DNA of 64,000 nucleotides from an uncultured Candidatus Rokubacteria bacterium (lineage in GTDB: Bacteria > Methylomirabilota > Methylomirabilia > Rokubacteriales > CSP1-6): positions 1,888,001 through 1,952,000 of the forward strand of contig CAVYTA010000006.1 in NCBI GenBank assembly GCA_963771355.1, written 5' to 3'. The stretch's first letter is position 1. Every line of letters starts with the position of its first letter. The notes below the pieces were generated by a model that made no database searches, had not been told where the DNA came from, and saw nothing but the letters and a program-made list of their open reading frames with translations. Shown here in pieces: positions 47,094-57,942 of the stretch. The translations under genes were made by a program, and so were the position numbers.

Positions 47094-48290
47094 CTACGAC
47101 GCACGGAGCGCTAGAGTGACGGGGAGGCGTGCTGCCCGGATCGCGGGCGGCACGCCGCCCACCGCGCCGATGATAAGCGCCCAGAGCAGCCCCTTCCCCA
47201 GGAGGGCCCAGGTCACGCGGAAGTCGAAGGCGACCTGGGAGAAGGTGTCGAAGTTGAGCGTGGACAGCGAGGCGCCGTCGCAGTAGAGATAGGCGAGCCC
47301 GCCCCCCAGCGCCCCCCCTATCGCGGCCAGGACCAGCGCCTCGATCAGCACCGATACCACCACGGGCGTGCTCCCGAAGCCGATCGCGCGCAGGGTGGCA
47401 ATCTCCACCTGCCGGCTGGCGATGGCCGAGTACATGCAGTTGAGCGCCCCGAAGGTGGCGCCCACGGCCATGAACGCGGCCACCGTGTAGCCCAGCACGT
47501 TGATCAGGGTCGCGAGCACCTTGGACTGCTTGGCGTAGTACTCGGGCTCGCGCCAGACGCGGACGGAGAAGCGCGGGTCGCGCTTCACCGCGGCGGTGAG
47601 GCCGGCCAGGCCGACGTCCGATCCGTCGACGAGCCGCGCGGTGAGGGACTGGAATCCCTGCCGCCGGAATGCCGACATCGCCACCTCGGCGTCCGCCCAG
47701 ATCTCGGACTCGTGCACGTCGCCTCCGCTCGAAAAGATGCCGACCACCGTCCAATCGCTGTCGCGAAAGGCGATGCGCGACCCGACGCCCAGGCCCTCGA
47801 ACTGCTGGGCCGCCCGCCGGCCCACGATGACTTCGCGGACACCCCGCGCGAAGCGGCGGCCCTCCACCAGGGCCAGCTCGTCGCGAATGGCGAAGGCGGC
47901 CGGCTGCACGCCCCGGAACGGCACATTGTTGGGGTCGGTCTGCCCCCGGCGCGGCAGATCCACCATCACCACCAGCTCGGCGGAGGCCAGCGGCCGCCCC
48001 TCCCCGTCTCGCGCGATGGCAGGCAGGCTCCCCAGCAGCACCGTCTGGTCGCGCGCCACGCCGCTGGACATCTCCGCGTCGGAGCCGGCCCGCAGCATGA
48101 TCACGCGGTCCTCGCGCCCCGTGCTGGCCAGCGTGTGGCGGAATCCCTCGGCCATGGAGAGCACGGACACCAGCACGCCCGCCACCCCCGCGATGCCGAT
48201 GATGACGACCAGGGACGTGCCGAGGCGCTGGGGAAGGTTGCGCAGGTTGACGAGGGTGATCTGCGCGATCTGCCGCAGCGTGCGCATCAT
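47094..48290 (-). CDS. MacB/FtsX-type ABC permease
   Basis: EIATLRAIGF; 4-TM layout with periplasmic domain. Confidence 0.9.
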   Translation of the reverse strand: MMRTLRQIAQITLVNLRNLPQRLGTSLVVIIGIAGVAGVLVSVLSMAEGFRHTLASTGREDRVIMLRAGSDAEMSSGVARDQTVLLGSLPAIARDGEGRPLASAELVVMVDLPRRGQTDPNNVPFRGVQPAAFAIRDELALVEGRRFARGVREVIVGRRAAQQFEGLGVGSRIAFRDSDWTVVGIFSSGGDVHESEIWADAEVAMSAFRRQGFQSLTARLVDGSDVGLAGLTAAVKRDPRFSVRVWREPEYYAKQSKVLATLINVLGYTVAAFMAVGATFGALNCMYSAIASRQVEIATLRAIGFGSTPVVVSVLIEALVLAAIGGALGGGLAYLYCDGASLSTLNFDTFSQVAFDFRVTWALLGKGLLWALIIGAVGGVPPAIRAARLPVTLALRAS

Positions 48291-49453
48291 CGATGCCCCG
48301 CGAGGGCGTCCACGATGCGCAGCCGCCGAGCCCGCCAGGCCGGCGGCAGGCCGACCATCAGCGCGAGCGCGGCGGCCACGGCCACCGCCGCGATCCAGGT
48401 GCCGCCCTCCACGAACAGCGGCGGGAAGCGGCCGCCGGTGGAGCCGTTCAGGAACGGGAGCATGCCGACGGCGGCGCCCATGCCCGCCGCGCCGCCGATG
48501 AGCAGCAGCAGCGCCGCCTCCGCCAGCACGAGCCCGGTGACCCGCGCGTCCGAGAAGCCCAGGGTCTTGAGGATGGCCAGCTCGGGAATGCGCTCCCGGA
48601 GCGACTGCGCCATGGTATTGCCGGTGAGGATGACGATGGTGAAGAACACCGCGGCGAGGATGCGCGAGATGAGGGCGCCGATATCGCCGATCTGCTTGGC
48701 GAAGCCGATGGCGAACTCCTTCTCGGGCTGGGTCTTGGTCTCGTCGGGCGAGTTCGCGAACAGCCGGTCGATGCCGGCGGCGATCGCCTTCGCCTGGCCC
48801 GAGTCGGTGATGCGGACGATGTACCAGCCGGTGCGCCCCCGGCCGACCTGGCGCGCCTCGTCGAAGTGCGCGACGTTGATGAGGACCATGTCGGTATTGC
48901 CCTTGACGGCGGGGTCGTCGGCATCGATGACGCCGACGAGATCGAACTCCCAGATCATGTCGCCCCCGACCCGGGGATGGATCTCCGAGGCGATGGGGAG
49001 CTTCTGGCCCACCTTCCAGCCGAAGCGGTCGACGAGCCGGCGGCCCGCGATGGCGCCGGTACGGGTTCGGCCGAACGCCTCCCGCTCCGCGGGCGCGACG
49101 GTGAACTCGGGGTACATGTCGAGGTAGCGGCCGGGATCCACCGCGAACACCGGGAATGCATTGCTCTCGTTCTGGTACTTGGCCCCGAACCATTCCGCGT
49201 GCGCCACCCCCACCACCCCGGCAACCCCCTCGATGCGGCGCAGATAGGAGAGGGGCAAGAGCTCGATGAGGGAGTAGCGCGCGGTGGTCAGGAGGCGCTT
49301 GGCGTCGGCGGTGTCGGCTCCGGACTCGAAGGCCGTCGTCACCGCCTGGAGCAGCCCGAAGAGCATGAAGGCCACCGTCACCGAGGCGAGGGTCAGCACC
49401 GTGCGCGTCTTCTTGCGGAAGAGCCCGGCGAGGAGCAGCGGCAGGAAGCGCAT
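48287..49453 (-). CDS. MacB/FtsX-type ABC permease
   Basis: [19 protein letters not shown]. Confidence 0.9.
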   Translation of the reverse strand: MRFLPLLLAGLFRKKTRTVLTLASVTVAFMLFGLLQAVTTAFESGADTADAKRLLTTARYSLIELLPLSYLRRIEGVAGVVGVAHAEWFGAKYQNESNAFPVFAVDPGRYLDMYPEFTVAPAEREAFGRTRTGAIAGRRLVDRFGWKVGQKLPIASEIHPRVGGDMIWEFDLVGVIDADDPAVKGNTDMVLINVAHFDEARQVGRGRTGWYIVRITDSGQAKAIAAGIDRLFANSPDETKTQPEKEFAIGFAKQIGDIGALISRILAAVFFTIVILTGNTMAQSLRERIPELAILKTLGFSDARVTGLVLAEAALLLLIGGAAGMGAAVGMLPFLNGSTGGRFPPLFVEGGTWIAAVAVAAALALMVGLPPAWRARRLRIVDALAGHR

Positions 49454-49459
49454 GGCCGA

Positions 49460-50173
49460 TCAGTCCGCCAGGATGCCCTTGTCCAGGTGGAGCTGGCGCC
49501 GCGCATGGTCGGCGGCCTTGGGATCGTGGGTGACCATGACCACCGTGGTGCCGTGCTCGCGGTTGAGCATCTGGAGCAGCCCCAGCACCTCGTCCGCGGT
49601 CCCTCGGTCGAGGTCGCCGGTGGGCTCGTCGCAGACCAGGAGCACCGGATCGGTGACGATGGCGCGCGCAATGGCGACCCGCTGCTCCTGACCGCCGGAC
49701 AGCTCTCGGGGCTGGTGGCGGGCCCGGTCCTCGAGCCCCACCAGGGCCAGCGCGATCCCGGCCCGGCGCCGCCGCTCCCCGGCCGGGAGATCGGTGAGCA
49801 GCAAGGGCAGCTCCACGTTCTTCTGCGCGGAGAGGACGGGGAGGAGGTTGTAGAACTGGAACACGAAGCCGACATTGGCGGCCCGCCAGCGCGAGAGCTC
49901 GCCGCTCGACAGCTGATCGATGCGGGCGCCGTCCACCGTGATGCGGCCTGCGGTGGGCGAGTCCAGCCCGCCGATGAGGTTGAGGAGCGTGGTCTTGCCC
50001 GACCCGGACGGCCCCATCAGCGCCACGAAATCGCCGCGCGGGATGTCCAGGTCGATGCCATGGAGCACCTCGATGCGCTCGCCGCCGCGCTGATAGTGCT
50101 TGGTGACGCCGCGGATCTCGACGAGCGGCCCGGCCGAGGCGCCGTCCGGGCGGGGAGCGTCCGGCCCGCTCAC
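49460..50173 (-). CDS. LolD/MacB-type ABC ATPase
   Basis: [23 protein letters not shown]. Confidence 0.93.
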   Translation of the reverse strand: MSGPDAPRPDGASAGPLVEIRGVTKHYQRGGERIEVLHGIDLDIPRGDFVALMGPSGSGKTTLLNLIGGLDSPTAGRITVDGARIDQLSSGELSRWRAANVGFVFQFYNLLPVLSAQKNVELPLLLTDLPAGERRRRAGIALALVGLEDRARHQPRELSGGQEQRVAIARAIVTDPVLLVCDEPTGDLDRGTADEVLGLLQMLNREHGTTVVMVTHDPKAADHARRQLHLDKGILAD

Positions 50174-51402
50174 GGGCGGTCGGCCAGCTTGACGGCGGCG
50201 CCGTCCCGCAGCGACTCCGGCGGCGACAGCACCACGCGCTCTCCCTCGCGCAGCCCGCTGAGGATCTGGCGGCCGGCGGCGGTCTCCGCGCCGAGCGTCA
50301 CCGGGCGCCGCTGCACGGCCTCCGCGGCGACCACGAACACCAGGCCCGTCTTGCCCTGGCCCTCCACGCGCACCGCCTCCGCGGGCACGATCACGCCGGA
50401 GACGCTTGCCGCTGGCCGCGTGCCGGCGGGCTCGAGGAACGACACGCGCACCCCCATGTCGGGGACGATGCGCCGGTCCCGGGACTTGATGGCGATGCGG
50501 ACCTTCACCGTCGCCTTGCTGCGGTCCGCGGTGGGGATGATGGCGATGACCTCGCCGGGAATCTTCCACTCCGGGTACGCGTTGAGCGTCGCCTCCACCG
50601 GCTGACCCGATGCGACACGATTGATGAACGACTCGTTCACGTCCACCTGGATCTCCAGCGAGTCCATGTCCACGATGGTCCCGATGCCGGTGCGCGTGAA
50701 GCCTCCGCCCGCCGACAGCGGCGAGATCATCTCGCCCGGCTGGGCGGACTTGGCGATCACGACACCGGCGAAGGGCGCCCGCACCACGGTGTTGTCGAGC
50801 TGGACCTTGGCCATGTCCACCGACTCCTGCGCCACCATGATCTGCTCGCGGCTGCTGGCCAGGCGGGCGCGGAGCATGTCGCGCTGGGCGCGGGCGGCAT
50901 CCAGGGACTGCTCGCTGACGAGCTGCCGCGTGAAGAGATCGCTCTGGCGGACGAAGTCCCGCTCGGCCTGGGCGAGCATGGCCTGGATCTCCGCCACCTG
51001 GGAGCGCGCAAGGGTGAGCTGGGACTGGTTGAGCGAGAGCTGGGCCCGCGCCTCGGTGTCGTCCAGCCGGGCGAGGACGTCACCCTCCTTCACGCGCTGC
51101 CCCTCCTCGATCAGTACCTCGACCACCTTGCCGGTGACCTTGGCGGAGACGGTGGCCTGGCGGCGCGCGGTGACGTAGCCGCTCGCGTCCAGCACGGACC
51201 CGGCCCCCGGCTCCCCGCCGGCCGACTTCGCCACCGCGGTGCGCACCGTGGGCACCGTGGCCCGGGCGGCGACGAGCCAGCCCGCGCCCGCGAGCAGCAG
51301 CAGCACGAGCAGAGCGAGCAGGGCCCGGCGGCCACGCCGGCGCGGCACGGCGGCGGGCGTGCGGTCCCGGCGCAATTGCTCGAGGAGATCCGACCTGTCC
51401 AC
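50170..51402 (-). CDS. efflux periplasmic adaptor (MacA/HlyD-like)
   Basis: EGQRVKEGDVLARLD, VRAPFAG, helical hairpin. Confidence 0.9.
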   Translation of the reverse strand: MDRSDLLEQLRRDRTPAAVPRRRGRRALLALLVLLLLAGAGWLVAARATVPTVRTAVAKSAGGEPGAGSVLDASGYVTARRQATVSAKVTGKVVEVLIEEGQRVKEGDVLARLDDTEARAQLSLNQSQLTLARSQVAEIQAMLAQAERDFVRQSDLFTRQLVSEQSLDAARAQRDMLRARLASSREQIMVAQESVDMAKVQLDNTVVRAPFAGVVIAKSAQPGEMISPLSAGGGFTRTGIGTIVDMDSLEIQVDVNESFINRVASGQPVEATLNAYPEWKIPGEVIAIIPTADRSKATVKVRIAIKSRDRRIVPDMGVRVSFLEPAGTRPAASVSGVIVPAEAVRVEGQGKTGLVFVVAAEAVQRRPVTLGAETAAGRQILSGLREGERVVLSPPESLRDGAAVKLADRP

Positions 51403-51571
51403 GGTCTCAGTGTGCCATACGCGCGCCCCTGACGCATTGCGGCGACCCGTCGCGGAGCGCAAGACCTGGGAGAAGGGGGTGGCGGGCCTTGCGGCCAAGC
51501 GGGGCGCCATGTTAGGCTCCCCGCGATTCGGCCTCGGAGCATCCCACCAACGCGCAGCGCGAGGAGGCGCC

Positions 51572-51763
51572 ATGCCATTTGTGAACATCCGGATCTATGA
51601 GGGATGGGGCAAGGACCGCAAGGACGAGATCGCCCGCCGCGTCACCGAGGCGATTCACGAGGTCACCAAGCTGCCGAAGGAGGCGGTGTGGGTGGTGGTG
51701 GAGGAAGTGGACCCGCCGGACTGGTACGTGGCGGGCAAGCCCGGGGAGCGGATGAAGAAGTGA
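51572..51763 (+). CDS. 4-oxalocrotonate tautomerase family protein
   Basis: 63 aa, catalytic Pro after Met, GAGGAGG RBS; TTGCGG-18-TAGGCT upstream at 51489-51518. Confidence 0.9.
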   Translation: MPFVNIRIYEGWGKDRKDEIARRVTEAIHEVTKLPKEAVWVVVEEVDPPDWYVAGKPGERMKK

Positions 51764-52647
51764 GCGTGGAGGTTCGGAACCCTCTCTTCACCTCCATCGT
51801 TGGCACCACCGTGGAGTTCGAGCGCATCGCCAGCGACTGCCTCTTCACCGAGGGGCCGCTCTGGCATCCGCGGGACCAGTACCTGCTCTGGAGTGACATG
51901 CCCGGGGATCATCTCCGGCGCTGGTCGCGGGCGGAGGGGGTGAGCACCTTCCGCAAGCCCAGCAACAAGTCCAACGGCCTCACCTGGGACCGGCAGGGGC
52001 GGCTCCTCGCCTGCGAGCACGCCTCGAGCCGCGTGTCGCGCACCGAGCCCGACGGGCGCATCGTTCCCCTCGCCACCCACCACGGGGGCAAGGAGCTCAA
52101 CAGCCCCAATGACATCGTCTGCGCCGCGGACGGCGGCATCTATTTCTCCGACCCGCCCTACGGCCGCGCGGAGTTCTACGGCGTGAAGCGGCCGCAGGAG
52201 CTGTCCTTCCAGGGGGTGTACAAGGTCGGCCCCGACCCGCGCAGCCCCGTGCTCCTCGTGGACGACTTCGACCGGCCGAATGGACTGTGTTTCTCACTGG
52301 ACAACCGGCGGCTCTTCATCAACGACACCGCCCGCCAGCACATCCGCGTCTTCGACGTGAAGGCGGACGGCACCCTCACCGGCGGCAAGGTGTGGGCGGA
52401 GACCAAGGGCGAGGGCAAGGGCGCGCCGGACGGGATGAAGCTCGACGCCGCCGGCAACGTGTACTGCACCGGGCCCGGGGGCATCCACGTGTTCAGCCCG
52501 GAGGCGGTGGACCTCGGCGTGATCCAGGTCCCCGAGTACACCGCGAACTTCGCGTGGGGCGACGGCGACCTCCAGGCCCTCTACATCACCGCCTCCACTT
52601 CCGTGTACCGGATGCAGACGATCATCCCCGGGTTGCCCGCCCTATGA
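51760..52647 (+). CDS. SMP-30/gluconolactonase family protein
   Basis: FTEGPLW, SNG, NSPND, PNG, PDGM. Confidence 0.92.
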   Translation: MSVEVRNPLFTSIVGTTVEFERIASDCLFTEGPLWHPRDQYLLWSDMPGDHLRRWSRAEGVSTFRKPSNKSNGLTWDRQGRLLACEHASSRVSRTEPDGRIVPLATHHGGKELNSPNDIVCAADGGIYFSDPPYGRAEFYGVKRPQELSFQGVYKVGPDPRSPVLLVDDFDRPNGLCFSLDNRRLFINDTARQHIRVFDVKADGTLTGGKVWAETKGEGKGAPDGMKLDAAGNVYCTGPGGIHVFSPEAVDLGVIQVPEYTANFAWGDGDLQALYITASTSVYRMQTIIPGLPAL

Positions 52648-53891
52648 GGCGTCTCTTCCGCAATCTGCGCTTGATCGACGGCACCGGCGCGCCTGCGCGT
52701 GAGGGCGCCGCGCTCCTGATCGAGGGGGAGACCATCGTTCACGCGGGGCCCCTGGCCGCGGGCGACGCGCCCTCCCCGGCCGACGCCGAGATCCTCGATC
52801 TCGGCGGCCGCACCGTGATCCCGGGGCTGGTGGAGGCGCACATCCACCTCTCGTACAATGACGTCAAGGCCATCGCGGACCTCGACCTGAACTGCCCGCC
52901 CGAGATCTCCACCCTGCGCGCGGCCCGGAACGGCGAGCTCGCGCTCCACTGCGGATATACCGCCGCGCGCTCCGCCGGCGCCGTGCACCGGATCGACGCC
53001 GCGCTGAAGCAGGCCTTCGCGGAAGGGCTCTATCCGGGCCCCCGGCTTCTCGCCGCCAGCCGGGACATCTGCGCCACCGGCGGGATGGCGGACTGGAACC
53101 CCTCCTATCTCAAGCTCGGCATGGAGGGGCTGGCCCTCATCGCCGACGGGCCGGACCAGATCCGCGCCGCCGTGCGCCGCTCCATCAAGGACGGCGCCGA
53201 CGTGGTGAAGTGCTATGTCGGCGGCGACGCGCTCCTGCCCCATACCCCCATCGGCGACTGCACCTACACGCTTCCCGAGGTGGCGGCCCTGGTGGACGAG
53301 TCGCGCATGCGCGGCCGCATGACGGCGGCCCACGTGCGGGGGCAGCAGTCGAGCCGGGTGGCCGCGCAGGCGGGGGTGGATTCGCTCGAGCACGCCACCT
53401 ATGCCGACGACGAGACCCTCCGCATGATCGCCGACAAGGGGCTCACCCTCGTGCCGGGGCTCCGCTACCTCTACTCGATCATCGAGAACGGGCCCCGCTT
53501 CGGAATCGACGAGGCGGTGATCGCGCCCAGCGGGCTCCGCGACGAGATCAAGCAAGCCGCCGACACCTATCGCCGGGCCCGCGAGCTCGGCATCCGGATG
53601 TGCCCGGGCGGCGATTTCGGGTTCGCCTGGAATCCCCACGGCGAGTACGCCAAGGACATCCAGGTCTTCGTGGACGTCATCGGCTACACCCCGCTCGAGG
53701 CCATCACCTGCGCCACTCGCAGCGGGGCGGAGCTCATGCGGATGAACGACCGCTTCGGCACGCTGCGCCCGGGCAAGCTCGCCGACCTGGTGGTGGTCGA
53801 CGGCGACCCGCTCCGCGACATCTCCGTACTTCAGGACCGCGGCCGCCTGTCCGTCATGCAGGGCGGCCGCTTCGTGACCCGCAACTTCTAA
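52644..53891 (+). CDS. amidohydrolase family (prolidase-like)
   Basis: PGLVEAHIH, LEHA, GGD, GKLADLVV. Confidence 0.9.
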   Translation: MRRLFRNLRLIDGTGAPAREGAALLIEGETIVHAGPLAAGDAPSPADAEILDLGGRTVIPGLVEAHIHLSYNDVKAIADLDLNCPPEISTLRAARNGELALHCGYTAARSAGAVHRIDAALKQAFAEGLYPGPRLLAASRDICATGGMADWNPSYLKLGMEGLALIADGPDQIRAAVRRSIKDGADVVKCYVGGDALLPHTPIGDCTYTLPEVAALVDESRMRGRMTAAHVRGQQSSRVAAQAGVDSLEHATYADDETLRMIADKGLTLVPGLRYLYSIIENGPRFGIDEAVIAPSGLRDEIKQAADTYRRARELGIRMCPGGDFGFAWNPHGEYAKDIQVFVDVIGYTPLEAITCATRSGAELMRMNDRFGTLRPGKLADLVVVDGDPLRDISVLQDRGRLSVMQGGRFVTRNF

Positions 53892-53903
53892 AGGAGGCTC
53901 CCC

Positions 53904-55094
53904 ATGATCACCCGTGTGCTCACCATGCTGCTGGCCGGCCTGCTGGCGCTGCCGCTGGCAGCCGAGGCCCAGAAAACGATCAAGGTCGGCATGCCCATGC
54001 CCCTCTCGGGTCCGCCCGCGCTGTTCGGCGAGCCCGCCTCCAAGGGCGCCCAGATGTTGGTGGACGAGGTCAACGCCAAGGGCGGCGTGCTCGGCGGGCG
54101 CAAGCTCGAGCTCATCGTGCGCGACTCCAAGGCGGACGCCAACGAAGCGGTGCGGGTGGCGCGCGAGCTCATCCTCAAGGACAACGTGGACTTCCTGGTG
54201 GGCACGCTCACCTCCGCGGAGGGGCCGGCGGTGTCCGTGGTGGCGAAGGAGAACAAGATCGTCTTCATCGCCCCCATCCCGAAGACCGACCAGCTCACCG
54301 CTCCCGACAAGCTCCACCCGTACGTGTTCCGCATCTCCGCCAATACCACCATGGAGGGCCGGAGCGCGGCGGAAATCGTGGCCAAGTGGCCGGTGACCCG
54401 GGTGGCGACGATGAGCTTCGACTACGCATATGGCCAGGACGTCACCAGGGCATTCGTGGAGCACCTGAAGAAGGTCAAGCCGTCGGCGCAGATCGTGGAC
54501 CAGCAGTGGCCGAAGCTGGGCGAGCAGGACTACAACCCCTTCATCAATGCCCAGATGGGGAAGAAGCCCGAGGCGGTGTTCTCGTCGATCTGGGGCGGCT
54601 TCTTCGTGACCTACTCCAAGCAGGCCAAGGCGCTGGGCATGTTCGACGCGCTGAAGTACCACTTCATCGGCGTGGGGGAAGCGGGCTCGCCGGAGACCAC
54701 CAAGTCCATGGGCAAGGACTACCCGGTGGGGATCTGGGGCAACTCCTACGACGCGTTTTACTGGGGCGAGACGCCGGCCCACCGTGACTACACGGCCCGG
54801 CTGGCGAAGTATCTCAAGGACGAGTACCCGTCCTCCTGGGCCATCCAGGGCTACACCGGCATGCAGTTCCTCGTCGAGGCCATCACCAAGGCCGGCAGCA
54901 CCGACTCGGACAAGGTGGCCAAGGCGCTCCTCGGCCTCACCATCGACACGCCCATCGGCAAGCAGACGATCCGGGAAAAGGATCATCAGGCGAATCGCGG
55001 CCAGCTCTACGGCAAGACCGTGATGGACCCGAAGTATCCGTTCCCGATCATGAAGCCGGTGGAGTACGTCGACCCCACCAAGTTCATGGACTAG
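53904..55094 (+). CDS. Liv-type ABC substrate-binding protein
   Basis: AAGGAGG RBS, signal peptide, PLSG, NAKGGVLG. Confidence 0.92.
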   Translation: MITRVLTMLLAGLLALPLAAEAQKTIKVGMPMPLSGPPALFGEPASKGAQMLVDEVNAKGGVLGGRKLELIVRDSKADANEAVRVARELILKDNVDFLVGTLTSAEGPAVSVVAKENKIVFIAPIPKTDQLTAPDKLHPYVFRISANTTMEGRSAAEIVAKWPVTRVATMSFDYAYGQDVTRAFVEHLKKVKPSAQIVDQQWPKLGEQDYNPFINAQMGKKPEAVFSSIWGGFFVTYSKQAKALGMFDALKYHFIGVGEAGSPETTKSMGKDYPVGIWGNSYDAFYWGETPAHRDYTARLAKYLKDEYPSSWAIQGYTGMQFLVEAITKAGSTDSDKVAKALLGLTIDTPIGKQTIREKDHQANRGQLYGKTVMDPKYPFPIMKPVEYVDPTKFMD

Positions 55095-55120
55095 CCGCTG
55101 ATCACACGGGCGATCGGATT

Positions 55121-55180
55121 CGGGGCGGGGCACACCCCCTTTGCTCAGTAAAGCATTCGCCGGGGGCGCGCCCCGCCCCG
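55121..55180 (+). promoter_or_regulatory. intercistronic stem-loop after the SBP gene
   Basis: CGGGGCGGGGC/GCCCCGCCCCG arms. Confidence 0.6.
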
Positions 55181-55250
55181 CCTCCGCTCGCCCTCCCGCT
55201 CGGCCTCACTCACGCACTTCATCGCTTCCCCTTCTAGATTGAAAAGCTAG

Positions 55251-56136
55251 ATGCCGGATCCTTCCTTCGTTTTTGCGCAGTCGCTGAGCGGGCTCACGGC
55301 GGCGATGTTCCTATTCCTCATCGCGTCTGGGCTTGTCGCTGATCTTCGGGGTGTTGCGCGTGTTGAATTTTGCGCACGGCACCTTCTACATGCTGGGGGC
55401 GTACACCGCGTACCAGTTCGTGCAGTGGCTGGGGCAGGAGGGGGGGATGTTCTGGGTGGCCGCGCTGGGCGCGGCGTGCACCATCGGGCTCCTGGGCGGC
55501 ATCGTGGAGCGCTTCCTCTTCCGTCACCTCTACGGCAAGGAGGAGCTCTACCAGCTCCTGTTCACCTACTCGCTGGTGCTGATCCTGGGGGACGTGGCCA
55601 AGATCATCTGGGGCACCCAGCAGAAGTCCGTGGGCCGCCCGCCCGGGCTCACCGGCTCCTTCTCCGTCTTCGGCGCCACCGTGCCGCACTACAACCTCTT
55701 CATCCTCCTGCTCGGCCCCGCCATCGCGCTCGGCTTCTGGTTCGTGCTCCAGCGGACGCGCACCGGTCGCTTCATCCGGGCCGCCGCGCTGGACCGCGAG
55801 ACCCTGGGGGCCCTGGGCGTGAACGTGAGCGCGCTCTACACCGGCGTCTTCGTGCTCGCGTCGTTCCTGGGCGGCCTCGGCGGTGCCCTCATCACGCCCA
55901 TGCGGGCGGTGGTCCCCGGCATGGACACCGACGTCATCGTGGACGCCTTCGTGGTGGTGGTGATCGGCGGGCTCGGGTCCTTCTGGGGCACCTTCCTGGG
56001 CGCGCTGATCTACGGCCAGGTGCTGTCCTTCGGCATCCTCTTCTTCCCCCGCTTCTCCATCTTCGCGATCTTCGCCCTCATGGCCACCGTGCTCGTCATC
56101 CGCCCCTGGGGCCTGCTCGGGAAGCCGCTGAAATGA
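55251..56136 (+). pseudogene. LivH-like permease with one extra base near 55333 (or sequence error)
   Basis: ...FLIASGL and SLIFGVLRVLNFAHG lie in different frames across gggcttgtcg. Confidence 0.8.
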
Positions 56137-57209
56137 TCGTCGCCCGTCCAGCAGACGCCGCCGCGGGCGATCAATGCGGTGGGGGGGTCTGGGGGAGGAG
56201 CGGCGCCGCTCCCCCCCAGCTTCAGTCAATGATGCCGCGAATTCCCTGGGGCTTGCTCATCCTCGTCGCGGCGTTCTTCGTGCCCGCGCTCGGCTCGCGC
56301 TTCTACACCTTCCTCGCCAACGACGTGGTGATCTGGGCGCTGTTCGCCACCAGCCTCAATCTCCTCGTGGGCTATACCGGGCTCGTGTCCTTCGGCCATG
56401 CCGCCTACTTCGGGATCGGCGCCTATACCACCGGCATCCTGATGAAGAAGCTGGGCGTCACCTTCCTGCTCGCCTTTCCCGCCGCCGGCGTGGTGGCCGG
56501 GCTCTTCGCCGTCTTCTTCGGCTTCTTCTGCGTGCGCCTCACGCGTATCTACTTCGCCATGCTCACCCTCGCCTTCGCCCAGATCGTGTGGGCCATCTGC
56601 TTCAAGTGGAACGAGGTCACCGGCGGGGAGCAGGGCATGCCGGAGATCCCCTACCCCAGCTTCGACTGGGTGGAGACGGCAGCCGGGTGGCTACCGTTCC
56701 TCGGCGGGTACCGGACGTCCGACTACTTCTACTTCCTCTGCATCATCCTGGTGGCCGCGGCGCTGTGGGTGTTGCGCCGGATCGTCGGCTCGCCCTTCGG
56801 GCGCATGCTCACGACTATTCGCGAGAATCCTGAACGGGCGGAGTTTATTGGGGTGAACGTCCGGCGCTACGAGCTGGCCGCCTTCGTCCTCGCGGGCGCC
56901 TTCGCGGGCCTGGCCGGCGGATTGTTCGGCATCTTCAACCGGGGAGTCTTCCCCGACTTCGCCTACTGGACCAAGTCCTCCGAGGTGCTCATCATGACCC
57001 TCCTCGGCGGCATGGGCACCTTCGTGGGACCGAGCGTGGGCGCGGTGGTGCTCATCCTGCTCAACCAGCAGATCGTGTCCTACACGCAGTACTGGCCGCT
57101 GGTGCTGGGCAGCATCCTGGTCCTCCTCCTCTTCGTCTTCCCCGGCGGCCTCGCCGGCGCCGGCCAGGACCTCTGGCGCTGGACCCGGCGGAGGCTCGCC
57201 CGTGCTTGA
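56133..57209 (+). CDS. LivM-like permease; start 56133 (ATGA overlap) or 56229
   Basis: GLVSFGHAAYFGIGAY, SPFGR, IREN. Confidence 0.9.
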   Translation: MIVARPADAAAGDQCGGGVWGRSGAAPPQLQSMMPRIPWGLLILVAAFFVPALGSRFYTFLANDVVIWALFATSLNLLVGYTGLVSFGHAAYFGIGAYTTGILMKKLGVTFLLAFPAAGVVAGLFAVFFGFFCVRLTRIYFAMLTLAFAQIVWAICFKWNEVTGGEQGMPEIPYPSFDWVETAAGWLPFLGGYRTSDYFYFLCIILVAAALWVLRRIVGSPFGRMLTTIRENPERAEFIGVNVRRYELAAFVLAGAFAGLAGGLFGIFNRGVFPDFAYWTKSSEVLIMTLLGGMGTFVGPSVGAVVLILLNQQIVSYTQYWPLVLGSILVLLLFVFPGGLAGAGQDLWRWTRRRLARA

Positions 57210-57942
57210 CGTGCGCAATGTCGCCAAGAGCTTCGACGGTTTCCAGGCGGTGGGCGGGGTGAGCCTCACGGTGGCCCCCGGCTCGATCAGCGCCATCATC
57301 GGTCCCAACGGCGCCGGGAAGACCACGCTCTTCAACCTGATCACCGGTCATCTGCGGCCCGACACCGGCCAGGTCGTCTTCAAGGGGCAGGACGTCACCG
57401 GGATCGCGCCGCACGACCTCTGCCGGCTCGGCATGGGCCGCTCCTTCCAGCGCACGAACATCTTTCCACGCCTCACCGTGTTCCAGAACGTGCAGGCCGC
57501 CTACGTGTCCCATCGCGGGCGCGGCTGGAACCTCTTCGAGCGCGTCGAGCGCCTCTACATCGACGAGACGGAGGCGATCCTCCGCGCGGTGGGCCTCCTC
57601 GACCGCGCCGGCGAGGAGTCGGGCTTTCTCTCCCACGGCGGGCAGAAGCAGCTCGAGCTGGGCATCGCGCTGGCGCTGGAGCCGGAGATCCTGCTCCTGG
57701 ACGAGCCCACCGCCGGCATGTCGGCCAGCGAGACGCGCGAGTCCATCGCGCTCATCGCGCGGCTGGCCCGCGAGCGCCGCCTCACGCTGCTCTTCACCGA
57801 GCACGACATGGAGGTGGTGTTCTCCATCTCGCAGCGCATCACCGTGCTCCACCAGGGACGGGTGATCGCCGACGGCACGCCCGACGAGGTCCGGCGCGAT
57901 CCCGAGGTGCGGCGCGTCTATCTCGGGGAGAAGCACGTGTGA
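57202..57942 (+). CDS. LivG-like ABC ATPase
   Basis: GPNGAGKT, LSHG, LLDEP. Confidence 0.93.
   Translation: MLDVRNVAKSFDGFQAVGGVSLTVAPGSISAIIGPNGAGKTTLFNLITGHLRPDTGQVVFKGQDVTGIAPHDLCRLGMGRSFQRTNIFPRLTVFQNVQAAYVSHRGRGWNLFERVERLYIDETEAILRAVGLLDRAGEESGFLSHGGQKQLELGIALALEPEILLLDEPTAGMSASETRESIALIARLARERRLTLLFTEHDMEVVFSISQRITVLHQGRVIADGTPDEVRRDPEVRRVYLGEKHV

Noticed and set aside
33600..55340. Programmed ribosomal frameshifting in EamA or LivH
   Set aside because: No slippery sequence or stimulatory structure at either site
6557..57209. Apparent long N-terminal extensions or fusions in the ORF track (6557, 11914, 28133, 37390, 40248, 52287, 55251-57209)
   Set aside because: Artefacts of taking the first start codon; real starts are marked by overlaps, RBS or -10 elements
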